DNA of 64,000 nt, taken from assembly GCA_963693365.1 (NCBI GenBank), contig CAVNZM010000004.1:1671449-1735448 (forward strand). Reading direction: 5' to 3'. The position numbers were made by a program, and so were the translations under genes. Origin of the DNA: Amoebidium appalachense. Its lineage: Eukaryota > Protista > Ichthyosporea. The notes beneath the pieces are model-generated. The model was not told the origin of the DNA. It did not search any database and saw nothing but the letters and a program-made list of their open reading frames with translations. Position 1 is the first letter of the stretch; every line of letters begins with the position of its first letter. Of this stretch, positions 41,107 to 62,745 are shown in pieces.

Positions 41107-42089
41107 GGGGACTGCAGTGGATTGCTGATCATCATGGAAGACTAGTGTTGCTCACGAGGAAGAAAAGGTTTATACGTATAAGACATGAATGTGGGCCTGC
41201 TGAGCCAAACTGAAGATGACCGAAGCCGAATATTGTTTTAAAAAGTGGCACCAAGTACGCATTTGGTGCGAGCAGATGTTGGCAACAACTGAGTGAATGA
41301 TTCGCTTCTGAAGTCAATGTAGATCGTTCACAATTGCAATACAGTATCTCCGTGATCTTTTCTGTGATAATGAAAAGTCGTGTTCAGAACTCGAGTGTGT
41401 GGGTATTGCACGGTATCAAAGAAAGTTTGCTGAAGCAATTGGGGAAGATTTTTTCTGATGAGACATATACTATGTGACCTACTTTTGTTTATTTTTATAT
41501 CCCTGCCAATTATATACCTACTTTTTTTTTTTAGTTTTATATCCCTGCCAAATTTTTTTTTTATATATATGACCTTAGCTTAGTTTTTCTCGATGCTGTA
41601 CATGTGTAGTTAAGTGACGTTCATTAATTCATGTCGTTCATATGTTGATTCAGAAGCTTACGTGGTGTTCGCACGGTAAGCGAGAGAGAGTCCGGCTGAG
41701 CCACGGGGTTGGCCAGCTCCAGATGATGATTTTATGATTGCCCGGGCCTGGTGCCGGCATTGTTTCAAAGAAACGACCCTTGCTATGGTTATTATCATGC
41801 ACCTTTTTTTTTTTTTTTTAAGGTTAAACTTTGACACTGTTCAAGCAACTGGAAATCGGTCTGACTGCTTCCGTGTGACGTCGACTTACGGTGTGTGTAC
41901 CGTAGTAGATGTGGTGGCCGTACGCAGGTGCAAATATATGGCATGTGGGCCCGCGACCGTTGATCCGACGGTGTACACATATAGTACGTGTGTGCACCTG
42001 TGGGCGCACTCATGGGTGCTCTCTCTTTGTGTGTGAGAGAGAAAGAGAGGGAGAGAGAGAGTGTGTGTGTGTGTGTGTGACTAATACGT

Positions 42090-42235
<146 letters not shown>

Positions 42236-42275
42236 GGATCCGGAGCCTGAATTAGGGCCCGGGAGAGAGTGTGTG

Positions 42276-42326
<51 letters not shown>

Positions 42327-42431
42327 TGTGTGTGTGTGTGTGGTGTGTGTGCACGTGACTGCGTGTGTGGTGTGTGTGCACGTACGAGGGTGTGTGTGTG
42401 TGTGTGTGTGTAAATGTGTGTGTATGTGCCA

Positions 42432-42470
<39 letters not shown>

Positions 42471-42484
42471 ACATGTGTGTGTGT

Positions 42485-42529
<45 letters not shown>

Positions 42530-42636
42530 GCATGGGTGCGTGTTTGTGTGCGCGCGCGTGTGTGTGTGTGTGTGTGTGTGTGCGTGCGCGCGTGTGTGTT
42601 TTTACGTGTGTGTGCGTGTGTGTGCATGTTGGGGCC

Positions 42637-42684
<48 letters not shown>

Positions 42685-43457
42685 CTCGGGGGGGAAGGGG
42701 GAGAGGGGATGATATCTTAGATACATATAAAACAAAGAATTTTAAATCGTAATCGCAAACTCCTCTTCGCATGATCGGCCCGTAATCGATTTGTAAAAAG
42801 AATCTTGATAGCGGTTCTGTTGGCCCAGGATCTTATATCTCGTCATGGCAACCAACAAATAAAATGACGTAATCATCGCCTATCTCCATTATCGTTTCAT
42901 GTATCAGAGCCCGGGCCCCGGTGAGGCTTTTGACTTGCACACACTCTAAATGTCAAATTTACAAATAGTGTGTTTTAATATTAATAACTGTACTTATTTT
43001 AAAACAATTCCCTTTCAAATATTAAACCGTCATTTCGAATTCGACGTTCAAGTCACCCATTATATGACGTCATAAGCTAAAAGGATCTACCTCGGGGATC
43101 GGATTGGGGGCTAAAATAGAAACAAAGCCTATTATTAGCCGATGGTTCGAAGGCGCCAAAACTTTTTCAAGTTTTCAAGTTTTGAAGTGACACCGTATAT
43201 GCACTTCTGTGTTGGCACTTTTTTCGTTTCAACCATCCTATTACCTTCGTGGGTGTCACTGGTTGCGGAAACGAGACTTTGATTCTATCTTTTAAAACCG
43301 TTTCCGTTTCTTGGTACATAGGAGAATAACTCACTTGCCTATAGCTGTTTTTCCTTGGCTTCATCGACGCGTTTATAGCTGATTTGCACGGGGAGAAAGT
43401 TGAACTTGTAGCTCACGACGGGCTGTGTAGGTGGCTGGTGCCAGCGGCGAAACGAAA

Positions 43458-43673
43458 ATGGTGAGTTCTTGGTGTGGTCTAGCACCTCAAATTTTCCGTT
43501 GAGGTTTCTGTGGCACAGAAAATAGCTTCTTGATGACCAGGAACTGAGTTGGTGGGTGAGAAACGGTGTAGGCAGATGGGTGCTGGAGCAGTGGCGGGGG
43601 AGGAAAGTGTGTGGCTGTGTTTTGAGGAGGGAAACGTTATTTCGAGTGAATAGAAGCGTGTGGTGTGTGTGCG

Positions 43674-43745
<72 letters not shown>

Positions 43746-44044
43746 GTGGGTGTGGGTGTGGGTGTGGGTGTGGGTGTGGGTGTGGTTGTGGTTGCACATA
43801 GGCTTGTGTGCTGCTCCTGATTTGTTTTGCATGCTTTTGCATGGCAGGTTGCCATACGGGCTAGGATGAGTTTTTTGCGTGCGATCATGTGTGTTGTGTG
43901 TGCGTGTATGTGCGTGTGTGCGTGTGCGTGGGCAGGTGCTGGAGTTGTAGTTGCACTTGCTGAGTTTTTTCCATTGAGAACCCACCTGGGTCAAACTTGG
44001 CTGCCTAGAGTGATGGATATGTGCTTTTTTTTTGGGTGGGGGGT

Positions 44045-44080
<36 letters not shown>

Positions 44081-44645
44081 GCGGGGGGGGGGGGGGGGGG
44101 GGGGGAAGGGGCAGAGAGGTCGAAAACTGATATATCTTGAAGGAGGGCTGGCAACGACAAGGAAAATATGTATTATGGTCAATAGCTTTTTGGAAGTGGT
44201 GCTCTTGCTTGTGCGCACAACTGTGGGTGCTTCACCATGGGTGAGCCGTTTGGTCGAAAATTTCTGTAAGCGTTAACTTTGATATACTGTGAACACTGGT
44301 TTGGATATACCACAAGATTTTGACTCTTTATTTCTTGCAGGTGTCCACCGAGCAGACTATCAACACCCAGCACGATGATATGATCGTAAGTGTGCTTGTT
44401 GAATATCACATGTTTCTTCTGTGAGAGTTTGTGTGACTTAACACGTGGGTGCTTAACAAGAGCAAGCCCGTGTAAGGCGTTTGTAGGAAGGCATTCGGGT
44501 GGAGTTTTTCTGTGTCTGTATATGTAGACCCCCCCCCCCCCCCCCCTTCTTTCAATCTATTTTTCTTTTTGTTTTTTCCCTTGTTTTTTTTTTTTGTGTG
44601 TGTGTGGGGAGGGAGGGGAGGGGAGGGGGGGGGAATGGGCAATAT

Positions 44646-44676
<31 letters not shown>

Positions 44677-44871
44677 AGTGAAAGTGATATGGGATTAAGC
44701 AGTCACATCCATCGCCCATTTGCTGATGTCTTCGGCCCCTCCCCCCCCCCCCCCCCCCCTTCCCCCAAAAACACACATACACACATACACCCTGCCCTTC
44801 CGGGGGCCAATCCATCTTGGCTGCCGAAGCTCACAAGTAGAATGTCTACCTTTTGACATATTTACATTCGT

Positions 44872-44902
<31 letters not shown>

Positions 44903-45152
44903 CCCCCCGTGTTTTCACACCGGTACCCCCCCTTTTTTTGGGGGGGGGGGGGGGGGAGGAAGGGGGCGGGGAGGGGGTGGTGGTGGTGGGGGGGGGGGGG
45001 GGGGGGGGGGGGGGGTGTCACATGCTATGTACCGCTCCCCCTGCCTTTCTACGGCTCTCCGCCCGGCGCGCAGGGACCTCGCACATCTCTCTGGGTCTTT
45101 TTTTTTTTTTTTTTAACCCGTTCACTTGCTTTTTAGCTTGCTTCCCCCCCCC

Positions 45153-45185
<33 letters not shown>

Positions 45186-45619
45186 CCCTCCCCACTCCCT
45201 TCCCCCCCACTCCCTCCCTCCCGCCTTCCCTCCCTCTCAGTGTCTCCCTCTCTCTCTCTCCCCCATCGAATCTCCCATTGGGAGGGGGGGGGGGGGGGAG
45301 ACGGGACTTAATGGGTGGGTGTTCATTTTGCATTACACTTTCTGCTCTGCAACCTTTTTTCGTTTGTTTATCTTCCTTTTGGTGCCATGAACTTTGTCTG
45401 AATTCCATATCCCCCCCCCCCCCCCCCCCCCCCCTCCTCCCATTAGCACGATGCCCAGTTGGACTATTATGGCAAGCGACTGGCCACGGCATCATCCGAC
45501 CGCACAGTGAAGGTGTTTGATGTGGGTGCGGACGGCCAATACACACGCATAGCCGACCTAAGGGGGTAGGTCATGTGTGTGGGTGTGTGTGTGTGTGTGT
45601 GTGTGTGTGTCTGCATTCG

Positions 45620-45651
<32 letters not shown>

Positions 45652-45659
45652 TGTGCGCA

Positions 45660-45696
<37 letters not shown>

Positions 45697-46153
45697 AAGC
45701 GCGCGCGCGTGTGTGTGTATGTGCGTGTGTGTGTGCACGGGCGTGTGGGTAAATCATGCTGTGAAAAAAGAAGTTGTGGGGTACGTGATGGGTTTGAAGG
45801 GGGGGGGGTGGCAGGGGGGAGATGGCTCTGCCATAAGCTCACGAAGGTACAGAAAACTCCCACCGGAAATTAGTGCCGGCAGAAGAATGGGGAAGTGTAT
45901 GTGTGTGTGTTTGTGTTGAGTGGTGGTGGTAGCTGGCTGGCTGGTAGGGGGAGAGATCGCTGTTGCTAGTTCAGACGGCAGCCTGGTTGGTCCGAAGGTT
46001 CAGTTTCGGAGTAGGAGAATTCGATTTTTGATTGAAAAATGTTGCTTTGTCTTGATAAGGGGATGCGATGTACAGACGTTTAGGTATTTCTGGTTGAACG
46101 TCTTAGAGGGATAGGGGACAGGTTACACACACACACTACGCACACACACACAC

Positions 46154-46206
<53 letters not shown>

Positions 46207-46215
46207 ACACACACT

Positions 46216-46297
<82 letters not shown>

Positions 46298-46736
46298 GTA
46301 GGGCATCAAGAATGTACCCCATGGAAATAGTTTTTGAATCATGGATCTTCACCATTAAGAATTGCCCGAAATAAAACATTAGATGATGGGAGAAACACGG
46401 AAATGTTCCCTGAATCATATTTTTTTGCCATCAGTTATTGCCCAAAAAACGGAAATATTCCTCAAGACCCATATAAATGTTCCTTGAGTAATGAAATTTC
46501 TGCTGTGTGCAGGCATGACGGTGCGGTGTGGCAGGTCAGCTGGGCACACCCCAAGTTCGGCAACATCCTTGCCTCGTGCTCGTACGACAAAAGGGTGATT
46601 ATCTGGAAGGAGACTAACGGCCAGTGGGGCCGCCTGTTTGAGTATGCCCGCCACGAGTCCAGCGGTATGTGTGTGTGTTCTGAATATACATCGGTATGAT
46701 GTTATCCGTGATGACTCCGTACTGCATGCCGTGAAG

Positions 46737-46772
<36 letters not shown>

Positions 46773-46841
46773 CCGCGGGCTCTGGTGCCTCACCACGCTG
46801 CCTATAAGTCATCTTATCGGTCCCCCCCCCCCCCCCCCCCC

Positions 46842-46894
<53 letters not shown>

Positions 46895-47529
46895 AAAAAA
46901 CGAACAAAACAACTCCGCTGGACTCACCGTTTCTGCTTCCCTGGTTGTCACTTAGTTTGCATGTTCCTGCTCTGTGTTTGCCGTTCGTTTGGTCTGCATT
47001 CGTTTGCCATCAACCCCCCATCGCATCCAGCTGTATGCCTGTATGCCTACATGACCGATTTTTATAATCTAATAGAAATAATCCCCGTTTTCACGCTCCT
47101 AACTACCGTGCTTCTTCTTCTTCTTCTTTTTTTTTCACCACAGTGAATGCTGTTGCCTGGGCGCCACATGAGTACGGGCTGGTGCTTGCAGCTGTATCCT
47201 CAGACGGCCGCCTGTCCATCCTGGCCCACATAGGTACGGGGTGCTGTGTGTGCTGTACGCTGACGTGGCCTACCTGCTGGCAGTTTTCGGTTTCACCAGT
47301 GGGGGCGGGAGAGCAGGGAGCGTGGACTCACAGGGCCTGCCTGGGGGGGGGGGGGGGGGGGGGGGGGGGCATTCTTTCTCTTAGGTATCATACATAGGTC
47401 TGTCTGTGCACGTGTGTATGGGCTCATCCCAACGGCACTTGAGCACGTGTGTGCAGCTGCTGGTAATGTGTTGGAATTGAAGTATGTATCATGCGGGTGG
47501 GTGCATGTTTGCTTGTTTGGGGGAACGGG

Positions 47530-47577
<48 letters not shown>

Positions 47578-48002
47578 GGGGGGGGGGGGGGGGGGGGGGG
47601 GGGAAGGGGGGATGTTGACATCTCTCCAGGATAAAAATAATGTTTGCCTCGAAATATTCACTATTCTTCCCCTTTTTTGCCCGTCTTTTTTCTTTAGCGG
47701 ATGACCAGACTGCACCGTTCAAGGAAATGGCGTTTGAGGTGGCACACCCCGATGGCTGCAATGCCGTCAGCTGGGCCCCGGCAATCGAGGAGATGGTACG
47801 TCATGCACGCTATATGCATGGGCTTACGTGCATGGACACACAGACACACACATGCAATGCTTCGGGGTAGTGTGCTCATAGATAAGCCACAATCCAAACA
47901 CGTACAGGTAAAACACACGTGTGCCAGAGACACATGCACACGAGCATGAACGACGACTGTCAATATGAAGATGCAGTCTTCCTGGCGCAGGCCCGGGGGC
48001 TT

Positions 48003-48037
<35 letters not shown>

Positions 48038-48315
48038 TTTTTTTTTTCTTTTTTGTCTTTTGTTGTGTAAGACATGATGTTTGGTGAGTACTGATCCGCT
48101 TGCTGATGTCTGCAGGCAAAAGGAAGGCGGCTGGTTACTGGTGGCTGCGACAACTCAGTCCTCGTGTGGAGGTAGGTGGTCCCATATTTTATCTTGTTAA
48201 AGCCTACACGTGGATGCCGTGTGGGCTCTGTGTGTGTGTGGTGTGTTTGCTTTTTCTTTTTTTTTTTTTTTTTTTCTTTTCTTTTTTTTTTTTGTTGTTG
48301 TTGTGTGTGTGCGTA

Positions 48316-48347
<32 letters not shown>

Positions 48348-48348
48348 C

Positions 48349-48394
<46 letters not shown>

Positions 48395-48610
48395 GGAATA
48401 TGCAGATCTTGAGCAACTCTTGTGGTGGCCTAGTACATGTGGTGGTGACAAGCACTGGGGTTGCAGGATGAAGGATGGGCGACCAGAGCGTGTGTGTGAG
48501 CTGCAGCGACACAATGCACCCCATGCACACGATGACTGGGTCCGGGATGTGGCCTGGGCCCCAAATGTCGGCCTGCCCTCCTCCCTCATTGCCACATGCA
48601 GCCAGGTAAC

Positions 48611-48646
<36 letters not shown>

Positions 48647-48897
48647 CCCTGAGTAGGGTTTCGTTAACGAGGGGAATAGGTCGAAACTCGGGTACTGTGG
48701 ATGACGTGGGCCCCCCCTGAGGATGGGCTCTGCTTATTATGCATACTCTTTATGTATGGCTTGCAATCTGCATCGTGTTATCCGTTTGTTCTTGTGTACT
48801 TCGTACTTTTTGACGCATTCAACCCCCCCCCCCCCCCCCCCCCCCCCACCAAACATCCATTGGTATGTGTGCACTCATATGCATGCCCAGGAATGCG

Positions 48898-48928
<31 letters not shown>

Positions 48929-49245
48929 ATACACACACATCCGCACACAAGTGCGTGCAAGCCTAGGCCCGTGCTTGTGCGGAGTGGGCAGGGCAAGATC
49001 AATGTGGAATGTTGTGGGATTCAGTCAGTTCATTCCGTATGGACCATGCTAGTGCTCCTGGTGCACGGTTGTGGCTTATCGTTTTTGCTGTGGGATGGTG
49101 ATGTGCACACACATTTTTTGCCGGGTTAGACGAGGTGGGCTATTGGTTGGATATGGTAAGGTTTTCGATCACATAGGGGGTGCATTCATCATTCATAGTG
49201 TGGCACAAAGGTGAGGGAGATGAGGGGCTCCGGGGGGAGAGGGGC

Positions 49246-49279
<34 letters not shown>

Positions 49280-49522
49280 GAACGTGAATGATAACGTGTG
49301 TGGGGGCAATGCAGGACATGACGGTGCGAATCTGGAGCCAGCGAGGAGACAGCGAGGAGTGGGACAGTGCACCGGTGGAGCTCAAGTTCAGCGATGTCGT
49401 GTGGAGGGTCTCCTGGTCTATCACCGGTAACATCTTGGCTGTGTCCAGCGGCGACAAGGTGAATGGGTGGCACATGCATGGGCATGCACACACACCCACA
49501 CATGCACATGCACATGCACATG

Positions 49523-49554
<32 letters not shown>

Positions 49555-50310
49555 CACACACACATACAGCACACACGCACTTAGATACAATCTACAGCAC
49601 ACACAGGTACATACATGTGCATGTACACACGATCTCTCCCTCTCTCTTCTCTTTACAGGCTCTCTCTCTTCCGCCCTTTCTGCCTTCCTCTCTTCCCCCC
49701 CCCCCCATGCTGCATACTTGAATGTTTGCCTTTGCATGTGTCCTGCACCATGCTTCTCATCGTGTATGCGTACTTCGTACTGTGTTCCGCATTCAAAACC
49801 CCCCCTGTCTTCTTTCAGAGGTGTCCTTTCAGGACAGACCACTGTGTGGAGACATCTTTACTTCCATGCAACCGGGCATGGTTGCTCTGTGTCGTGCATC
49901 TGTAAGCACATACGCGTTTGTCGCTGCACTGCATTAGTTTGCACATACATCTTCACCGTTTTGCTCACCTTGCTTGCATAAGCAACCCTGCTCGTCTTTG
50001 ATCAAGACGGGTTGACCCACCCAAGTTCAGTTGATGCTGCTGTCTGAGTTGGAGCGTCGTATATACGCGGGCTAAGGGGTCGAAACTCAGACGCAATTGA
50101 TGACTTGGGCCCTCCCTGAGGATGGGCTCTGCTTATGACGCATACTGTGCGCATGGCTGATGCTGCATACTTGAATGTTTGCCTTTGCATGTGTCCTGCA
50201 CCATGCTTCTCATCGTGTATGCGTACTTCGTACTGTGTTCCGCATTCAAACCCCCCCCCCCCCCCCCTACTTTGTACCGTGTTCCGCATTCAAAACCCCC
50301 CCCCCCCCCC

Positions 50311-50352
<42 letters not shown>

Positions 50353-50543
50353 GCTTTTCTGTCCTCTTTCTCTCTCATTCGCACTTGTTGGCATCTGTAC
50401 TTGCCCATACTGGCACCGTTACGCAACACACACATTGTATGGGCACACACAGGCATATGTATATTGTTTGCTGGGGGCTTTGCTCGGTGCGTAGCTGGGG
50501 GGGGGGGGGGGGGGGGGGGGGGGGAGTGTGTGTGAGGTGTTTC

Positions 50544-50577
<34 letters not shown>

Positions 50578-50807
50578 TCCACACGGGCAACTACTAGTAC
50601 CTATGTGTCCTGGAATCACTCGTTGCTTGTCAGGCCTATTGCCCTCGGTATTTGCAGTGTGTGAAGGACAAAAATCATCGTTTCCCCGTGCCCCCGGCCC
50701 TTATTTGTTTGACAGAGATCTAACCGGTTTGTGTTTGATAGGTGACGCTGTGGAAGGAGCAGCAAGAGGGCTCATGGGAGATGGTCCAGCACCTCGATCA
50801 GCAGTAG
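43458..50807 (+). CDS. SEC13: SEC13 (COPII/nuclear pore WD40 protein), copy 1; exons 43458-43460, 44341-44385, 45447-45565, 46513-46664, 47144-47233, 47698-47795, 48116-48171, 48467-48605, 49315-49458, 50742-50807
   Basis: Spliced product [127 protein letters not shown]. All introns are GT-AG. Confidence 0.97.
50006..50250 (+). repeat. Intronic dispersed ~245-bp repeat family
   Basis: Near-identical copies at 59024-59270 (duplication) and 63106-63350 (IPMS intron). Diverged copy at 48646-48822 (and 57657-57830). 3' fragments at 49707-49800 and 58724-58815, and an inverted fragment at 26769-26866. Copies end at C runs. Confidence 0.92.
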
Positions 50808-52488
50808 GCAAATACATTTTGCACAAGAAAGCAGGAGTATGGCGTGCTATTCTTCTTGTGGAAGCGGGGCCTGTATTGGTTCGTGTTGCAACTGCAGTAT
50901 CGGTTCTCACTAGAAATAGATCGTGGCCATTGGGCACTTTTTGGGTTCAGGTGGCCAGGACAATCACTCAACATGTTCGTTTTGTATAGTTTTGGCATGC
51001 ACATGGAAAGTAATTGCAACTCACTCTGAGAGGTTAATACTATAGATGTCTACCTCACCTCTACAGTGGCACATTCAGTCGTTATTAGTTAAAGATGTTA
51101 TTTTTTGCTTTAGCTTACACAATCCTGCACATGACTTTTGCATACACACGTGTGAGGTGGATCGGGTTACCACCACTATTCACGCACATGTTACATGGTG
51201 TTGCTACTCAAATGAAAGTTACATAAGATAAAAAAAAAGGGAAACAATATCTGTTCACGTACCTACCGAAGTTGTATGCCCATGAGTTCTAGTTCTACGT
51301 AGGCCAAGGCAGTAACATGTGCTGAAGTTACGCAACATCGCCAATCCTTGAGGCCACCAACACATGGTGTAATGACCTTCGATGGCGAAGGGGTATCGTC
51401 GACATATATCTGAGTAGCTAGCCATCTTTAATAAGCTGCCGGTGGTGACGATACCTGAGGCTATCAGCTACAGGACGGCGTACGAAGTCATTCATGAGAA
51501 GTGACCGCATAATTTGGACAACCAGCATGCGCAAGTCTGAGCAAGGCCCTTAGATGTGACGATGGGGGTTGGTGAACTTCGGATGGCCCTGAATCGCCGG
51601 TGGCCTGGGTAAATAGCTTGATACGATAAACCTTTACCTTCACAAGGCTTTTTTATACTGGTTTGTAGCTGACATATGCATACCGACACCCCATCCCACA
51701 TGTGCATTACTATGTTCTCAAACTAAACGCTTATGGTGAGTAATATCTTAGATACATATAAAACAAAGAATTTTAAATCGTAATCGCAAACTCCTCTTCG
51801 CATGATCGGCCCGTAATCGATTTGTAAAAAGAATCTTGATAGCGGTTCTGTTGGCCCAGGATCTTATATCTCGTCATGGCAACCAACAAATAAAATGACG
51901 TAATCATCGCCTATCTCCATTATCGTTTCATGTATCAGAGCCCGGGCCCCGGTGAGGCTTTTGACTTGCACACACTCTAAATGTCAAATTTACAAATAGT
52001 GTGTTTTAATATTAATAACTGTACTTATTTTAAAACAATTCCCTTTCAAATATTAAACCGTCATTTCGAATTCGACGTTCAAGTCACCCATTATATGACG
52101 TCATAAGCTAAAAGGATCTACCTCGGGGATCGGATTGGGGGCTAAAATAGAAACAAAGCCTATTATTAGCCGATGGTTCGAAGGCGCCAAAACTTTTTCA
52201 AGTTTTCAAGTTTTGAAGTGACACCGTATATGCACTTCTGTGTTGGCACTTTTTTCGTTTCAACCATCCTATTACCTTCGTGGGTGTCACTGGTTGCGGA
52301 AACGAGACTTTGATTCTATCTTTTAAAACCGTTTCCGTTTCTTGGTACATAGGAGAATAACTCACTTGCCTATAGCTGTTTTTCCTTGGCTTCATCGACG
52401 CGTTTATAGCTGATTTGCACGGGGAGAAAGTTGAACTTGTAGCTCACGACGGGCTGTGTAGGTGGCTGGTGCCAGCGGCGAAACGAAA

Positions 52489-59813
<7,325 letters not shown>

Positions 59814-60797
59814 GCAAATACATTTTGCACAAGAAAGCAGGAGTATGGCGTGCTATTCTTCTTGTGGAAGCGGGGCCTGTATTGGTTCGTGTTGCAACTG
59901 CAGTATCGGTTCTCACTAGAAATAGATCGTGGCCATTGGGCACTTTTTGGGTTCAGGTGGCCAGGACAATCACTCAACATGTTCGTTTTGTATAGTTTTG
60001 GCATGCACATGGAAAGTAATTGCAACTCACTCTGAGAGGTTAATACTATAGATGTCTACCTCACCTCTACAGTGGCACATTCAGTCGTTATTAGTTAAAG
60101 ATGTTATTTTTTGCTTTAGCTTACACAATCCTGCACATGACTTTTGCATACACACGTGTGAGGTGGATCGGGTTACCACCACTATTCACGCACATGTTAC
60201 ATGGTGTTGCTACTCAAATGAAAGTTACATAAGATAAAAAAAAAGGGAAACAATATCTGTTCACGTACCTACCGAAGTTGTATGCCCATGAGTTCTAGTT
60301 CTACGTAGGCCAAGGCAGTAACATGTGCTGAAGTTACGCAACATCGCCAATCCTTGAGGCCACCAACACATGGTGTAATGACCTTCGATGGCGAAGGGGT
60401 ATCGTCGACATATATCTGAGTAGCTAGCCATCTTTAATAAGCTGCCGGTGGTGACGATACCTGAGGCTATCAGCTACAGGACGGCGTACGAAGTCATTCA
60501 TGAGAAGTGACCGCATAATTTGGACAACCAGCATGCGCAAGTCTGAGCAAGGCCCTTAGATGTGACGATGGGGGTTGGTGAACTTCGGATGGCCCTGAAT
60601 CGCCGGTGGCCTGGGTAAATAGCTTGATACGATAAACCTTTACCTTCACAAGGCTTTTTTATACTGGTTTGTAGCTGACATATGCATACCGACACCCCAT
60701 CCCACATGTGCATTACTATGTTCTCAAACTAAACGCTTATGGTGAGTAACCCCGGCCGCGGCCCCCGCCGGCCCGCCGGCCTCGGGCCGCTGGAGAC

Positions 60798-61156
60798 TGA
60801 GCCGCTTCGCGTGGATCTAGATATCTAAATATCTAGATTGTAAATTAAAAAAACATTGTTCCAATCCAATCAATCTGTTAACGTTTTACAATTTGCATAA
60901 AATCTAGATTGATTTCCACGTGTTCGACCCTCTTCTGGGGGTGGGAGGGGTCTTCTAGATGTCTGGGATAAGACGATTGGTTCTTGGAACTCGCCTCAAT
61001 ATCTCTTATTCAATAGAATTGCGATCAACCATCTAGATAATTTAGTTTCTAAACTGCTCTACACGAATCGAGCAGACCTTTGGATATTTAGAGAACGAAT
61101 GTCGTTCTCTAAATTCGCCGAGTATTTAGATATTTAGATCCACGCGAAGCGGCTCA
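60798..61156. mobile_element. MITE-like element with 34-bp terminal inverted repeats
   Basis: TGAGCCGCTTCGCGTGGATCTARATATCTAAATA at 60798-60831 and its reverse complement at 61123-61156 (1 mismatch). AT-rich interior with many TCTAGA motifs. No clear TSD. Confidence 0.82.
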
Positions 61157-61269
61157 CTAAGCGAGGGCCGGCGGGCTGACTTATTTTGATTGGTGACATG
61201 TCACGTCTAGAGCTTACATGGCGCGAAAATGGGTGGTAATATTATTCCTATTGGCTTTTGTGCCCTTCA

Positions 61270-61350
61270 GAAATCCAATAGGAAGAAGGCAAATTTTGCA
61301 AAAGCAATTGTGGGCCAATCACACACCTGTTACAGCTGCAACCAATCATA
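61270..61350 (+). promoter_or_regulatory. CCAAT-box cluster upstream of IPMS
   Basis: CCAAT at ~61275, ~61315 and ~61342, plus ATTGG at ~61189 and ~61250, within 330 bp of the ATG. Confidence 0.4.
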
Positions 61351-61517
61351 ATAGGCGTGCTTTTAGAATTCTAGGCGAGTCTTTCAATCAGATAAGAAAA
61401 GGGTGTGTGGAGCTTTTTTTGTGTTTATCCACGCACATGCAGGTGTGCATTTTCTGTGTCCCTTCAAGTTGCCTAGAACTCCTTGTTCCCACCGGACACA
61501 CACACAGGGTTGAGAAA

Positions 61518-62401
61518 ATGCTCCAGGCGATGAAGAGCGTGTCTGCCGCGCGCAGCTTTGCGTAAGTGACAGATACATAAGTAGTCGAGTTAAAGAATTT
61601 ACGAATACGAAAGACCTGGTGCAGGGGGGAGCTGGCATTCTGAATTGGTGTAATTGACCCCATACTGGCCCTGGATTCTCTTTTTAACGTAACACAAACA
61701 TGTTTTATCTCCTTTTGAAATATCCCTTTTTAAGTCTTTTTTTTTTCCTGCAGGCGGCAGATGTCTACTGCAGCAGCCGCTGCAGCACAGAAGGATCGTC
61801 TGGTCATCTTTGACACCACCCTTCGTGATGGAGAGCAGGTGTGACATTGACTTTGACCCGGGGGGATTTTGTCTTTGCATGGGAGTTCGCATTCATTATG
61901 CCTTTTAGAGTGCAACACATCTTCTTCAACGCCGAAGCCAGACAATGGATAGCCACTCTAATTTTTCTAACTACCTGCCTAGTCGCACCTACAACACAAA
62001 AAGATCCGACTTGCAAGGGCACACAGTCGCACGCACGTTTAGGTACACAAGTGTCCACAAACCCACCTTCCTTTTCACACAACCACCCTCCCACCCATTC
62101 AACCACAGAGACACACACACATTCCACTCCCGTGCATCTGTCCACTTGTTCAACCACATGCCCCCTAGGGCAACCAGTGCTGATTGCTTTAGGGGGACAT
62201 AGAGCACCCGTGCGACCACTTTCACACACATTAACACACACGCGCACGCACACACGCATGCACACACACACACACACACACACATACACAAGCACACATG
62301 CTGACAGAGAGACGGGTACACAGGCACACGCAGGCCTGCATACACACATGCATTCTGTGTGTCAATTTTATACAACCCTGCCACTATATCTGTCACACTG
62401 T

Positions 62402-62439
<38 letters not shown>

Positions 62440-62660
62440 GCCGCCTCCCGTTTTTTGGAAGGGGAACTGAGAACCACCGAATGATACTGTAAATTATCAT
62501 GTGTTGACTGTCTACCCACTGTTCCCCCTCTTCCCTCCCTTCTCGACGTTCTCGGCCTGGCCTCCCCTACTGATCCCCTCAATCTACCCCCCCCTCCTCC
62601 CCTCTCACTGTCTTTTTCCGTTGTGCACCTCCATTGCTTGCTCGCACGCGCGCGCACACG

Positions 62661-62745
<85 letters not shown>

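Noticed and set aside
44237-44240. ACCATGG|GTGAG as the SEC13 start exon
   Set aside because: Splicing it to 44341 is out of frame. The ATG at 43458 gives the correct frame.
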